Of a stretch of DNA of 53,645 nucleotides, positions 50,558-53,645 are shown one piece after another. The notes under the pieces are model-generated. The model worked only from the letters and a program-made list of their open reading frames with translations, was not told where the DNA came from and did not search any database. The position numbers were made by a program, and so were the translations under genes. The first letter of the stretch is position 1; the number at the start of each line of letters is the position of its first letter. Origin of the DNA: Octopus bimaculoides (Eukaryota); the NCBI RefSeq assembly GCF_001194135.2, contig NC_068984.1, forward strand, positions 83,311,941-83,365,585, written 5' to 3'.

Positions 50558-51085
50558 AAGTAGCTTGTTGATTGATGTGTAAATTAATTTCCAGTTACAC
50601 CAAAAACAGAACACATCCGTTTTTTCACCCGGGACTGAACGCTGCAATTGGAGGCGAGTTTGTTTCATAAACCATTCAAAGGCTAGTTTGATGAGTCAGG
50701 ATCTCATAAGTTAAAGAGAAACGGATAATGGAAAACTGTTGGTGGAAGGAAGTGAAATTGTTTACCCAAGATGTGAAACTACGTCATATCTGTGTAGTAT
50801 TAGCATAACGGGAGTTTTAGTACTTGCATAATCCTAGAGGTCATCAGTAGAATACAAATTAGTGCAGAATACAAGTTGTGTAATGACTTCCAAAAAGACT
50901 TGAAATCGGAGTCCTGGATTCAGCTTGCCTGGAGTTTTATCTCCTAGTCTACAGTACTTGCCCCTTGTTCCTCATTATGCAAAAAAAAAAAATAATAAAC
51001 AAACAAATAAAATGAAGTGGAAGGAGCGGTGCTCTGTTTTTGGTGTAACTGGAAATTAATTTACACATCAATCAACAAGCTACTT
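50558..51085. repeat. 57-bp inverted repeat pair (50558-50614 and 51029-51085), 414-bp spacer
   Basis: aagtagcttgttgattgatgtgtaaattaatttccagttacaccaaaaacagaacac versus its reverse complement, 56/57 identical. Confidence 0.97.
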
Positions 51086-51329
51086 TAGGCAAACCAACAA
51101 AATTTTCAGACACTTTTTACTGTTTGGTGGTGGTGGTGGTGGTGGTCATAGTGATAATGATGCTGTTGTTATTATTGTATAGCTTCATGTAAGCTCTGGC
51201 TGAACAAGCCTTATAATCCAAGATATTCCAGCTATAACCATCCCAAATTTTTCTATGCAGAGAATCCAGAAACATGTTATGTTTTTCTCAGAGGAGTAGG
51301 GTAAAATTTGAGGGAGATTTCGCAGGTGT

Positions 51330-51690
51330 GTCTTGCATGTCGATTGTGTTGCTGTTGTTGATAGTAATCATGGTAGTGGTGCCGGTGGTGGTGGTGGTGC
51401 TGGTGGTGTTTATGGTGATCATGATGGTAGTGGTTGTGATAGCAGTTGTAGAGGATATTCATAATGTAGAACAGACGTAGTGATTGTGTTAATATGCGAT
51501 GATGATGTTGGTTGAGTTAGACTGATAGTGAGGATGTCGGTAGTGGTTGTGATAATGGATGTGATGGTAGTGGTCGAGGTGGCAACGGCGGCGGCGGCAT
51601 TGGAGGTGGGGCTGCGATATTTTATGGGTGGGGATGGTTCTAAGGGTAGTGGCGGAGGTAGAAGTGTAAGTGGTGATGATGTTGCCAACG
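51330..51690. repeat. Degenerate (GGT/GAT)n low-complexity tract
   Basis: Direct reading. Explains the Val-rich and His/Thr-rich ORFs at 51274-51935. Confidence 0.88.
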
Positions 51691-51833
51691 TATTTTCGGT
51701 GAATGTGATAAAAAGCAAAAAAAAAACAAAAACAAAAATTGAGATGATGAAAGAAAGAAGAAAATCTAAATCAAAAAAAAGAGATCTGCTTCCTTACTTC
51801 CGGTTTAAGTCTAAAGTAATTAACAGAACAAAG

Positions 51834-51871
<38 letters not shown>

Positions 51872-52140
51872 TATGCATATACCATTACACATACCACACA
51901 CCAACATACACACGTGCATATGTATGCGTATGTGAATATTTGTGTATGTGTGTGTGTGCAAAATATCATACACATATATATACATACAGACACACATACA
52001 CCCATACACACATTTACGCTTAAATACAGTCATTGACAGACACTCACGCGCCTACACGAACTGGCAGACATGCACACACACACAGGCGTACAAATAAATA
52101 CCACACATATATACTCATATATGTACGCATATAGAAATAA

Positions 52141-52175
<35 letters not shown>

Positions 52176-52549
52176 GATAATACATAAACTAAATGTCGTC
52201 AGACATGTACGCCGACGCATATACACACAAGCAGATATATAAACATATATGAATATGCATTTGCTTATACCTACACGTGCGCACAGATACATTCGTAAAC
52301 ACATATTCAACTGGCAGACGCGCAACTGAGATATATGTAAGAACTTTTATACATTCAAACAGAATTTAGGTATGGAACACATTTGGCAGCGACGTGGTCT
52401 TGGATTCAGTCTCCCACGTGTCTTGTACTGTCGTCCCGGGCCGATCAATGTCTTGTGAGTGAGTTCCATAGATGGAAACTGTATGGAAGTCCCTCTTGCT
52501 CTCTCTCCCTCCCTCCCTCAATATATATAATATATATGTATGTATTTAT

Positions 52550-52582
<33 letters not shown>

Positions 52583-52874
52583 NNNNNNNNNNNNNNNNNN
52601 NNNNNNNNNNNNNNNNNNNNNNNNNNNNNNNNNNNNNNNNNNNNNNNNNNNNNNNNNNNNNNNNNNNNNNNNNNNNNNNNNNNNNNNNNNNNNNNNNNNN
52701 NNNNNNNNNNNNNNNNNNNNNNNNNNNNNNNNNNNNNNNNNNNNNNNNNNNNNNNNNNNNNNNNNNNNNNNNNNNNNNNNNNNNNNNNNNNNNNNNNNNN
52801 NNNNNNNNNNNNNNNNNNNNNNNNNNNNNNNNNNNNNATATATATATATATATATATACATACACATGCACAGT

Positions 52875-53158
52875 GAAGGCGCGTGGTTCAGTGCATGGTT
52901 AGAGCATCGGGCTCACAATCATGAGATAGTAAGTTCGATTCCTAGACAGGCTGTGTGTTGTGTTCTTGAGCAAGATATTTTATTTCACGTTACTCCAGTT
53001 CACTAAAATGTATCAGCCTTTTTTGTGGGATGGAGAGGAGACGCTGGTATGCATGGACGACCGTTGGTCTTCCATAAACAAACTTGCCCTGACTTTTACC
53101 TCGGAAGGTAATTTTCTACGTACGATCCCATGCTCATTCATGACCGAAGGGTTTTTTT
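52875..53158 (+). mobile_element. tRNA-head SINE, family B
   Basis: ggcgcgtggttcagtgcatggttagagc (A box), aagttcgattcc (B box), gttgtgttcttgagcaagatattttatttcacgttactccagttcact core. Confidence 0.85.
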
Positions 53159-53171
53159 ACCCTATATATAC

Positions 53172-53203
<32 letters not shown>

Positions 53204-53591
53204 TGACTGACAGATAGATAGAAACATTGATAGATAGAAAGATAGATAAACAGACAGAAAGAGAGAGAGAGAGCTCTAAAATGGTGGATACTTATAAGCA
53301 GGTAAGCGTAAATTTGGGTAGGGTTTGCCTTATTTTACGATAGAACGCTAGAGATAACTTTAAATTACTGTTTTACTCGTATCAGTCATCGTTGTGTAGT
53401 CATATTGGGACACCATCTTGAAAGGATTTTGTAGTTGATTGTATGGGCCCAAGAACTTGTTTTATTGATCTGTTTATCGAACGGCACCAAGATATCATTG
53501 TACCATTCTAAACATAATTAGAGACACCACCCACATATAGGCACCCCCCGCATATGTATATGTATACGATCAGCTTCCTATATGTGTGTGT

Positions 53592-53645
<54 letters not shown>

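Overview
AT-rich, repeat-saturated animal genomic DNA from a draft assembly: 10 N-gaps total about 3.0 kb, and most abut (TA)n. The interspersed repeat families and the extreme microsatellite load match what I recognise from coleoid cephalopods, most likely Octopus (inference, no database search possible). I found no intact, recognisable host protein-coding gene, tRNA, rRNA or CRISPR array. Nearly all ORFs in the track are microsatellite or N-gap artefacts. Well supported by translation are five decayed autonomous elements: a Charlie/GTF2IRD2-type hAT transposase, a mariner 3' end, two R4/Dong-type non-LTR remnants and a CR1-group LINE with a YADD motif. The window also has a hAT-type MITE and many tRNA-head SINE copies in at least three families (labelled A, B, C here), plus other unclassified repeats. 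The most interesting unexplained signals are: (1) a consensus recursive-splice-site motif (polypyrimidine tract-AG|GTAAGT) on the minus strand at 34422; (2) a repeat family carrying a 76-bp-arm nested palindrome; (3) a 56/57-bp inverted repeat; (4) a CpG-rich orphan ORF with a signal-peptide-like N-terminus; (5) a candidate 6-nt microexon. All five are hypotheses needing RNA-seq or comparative data. None proves a new system.
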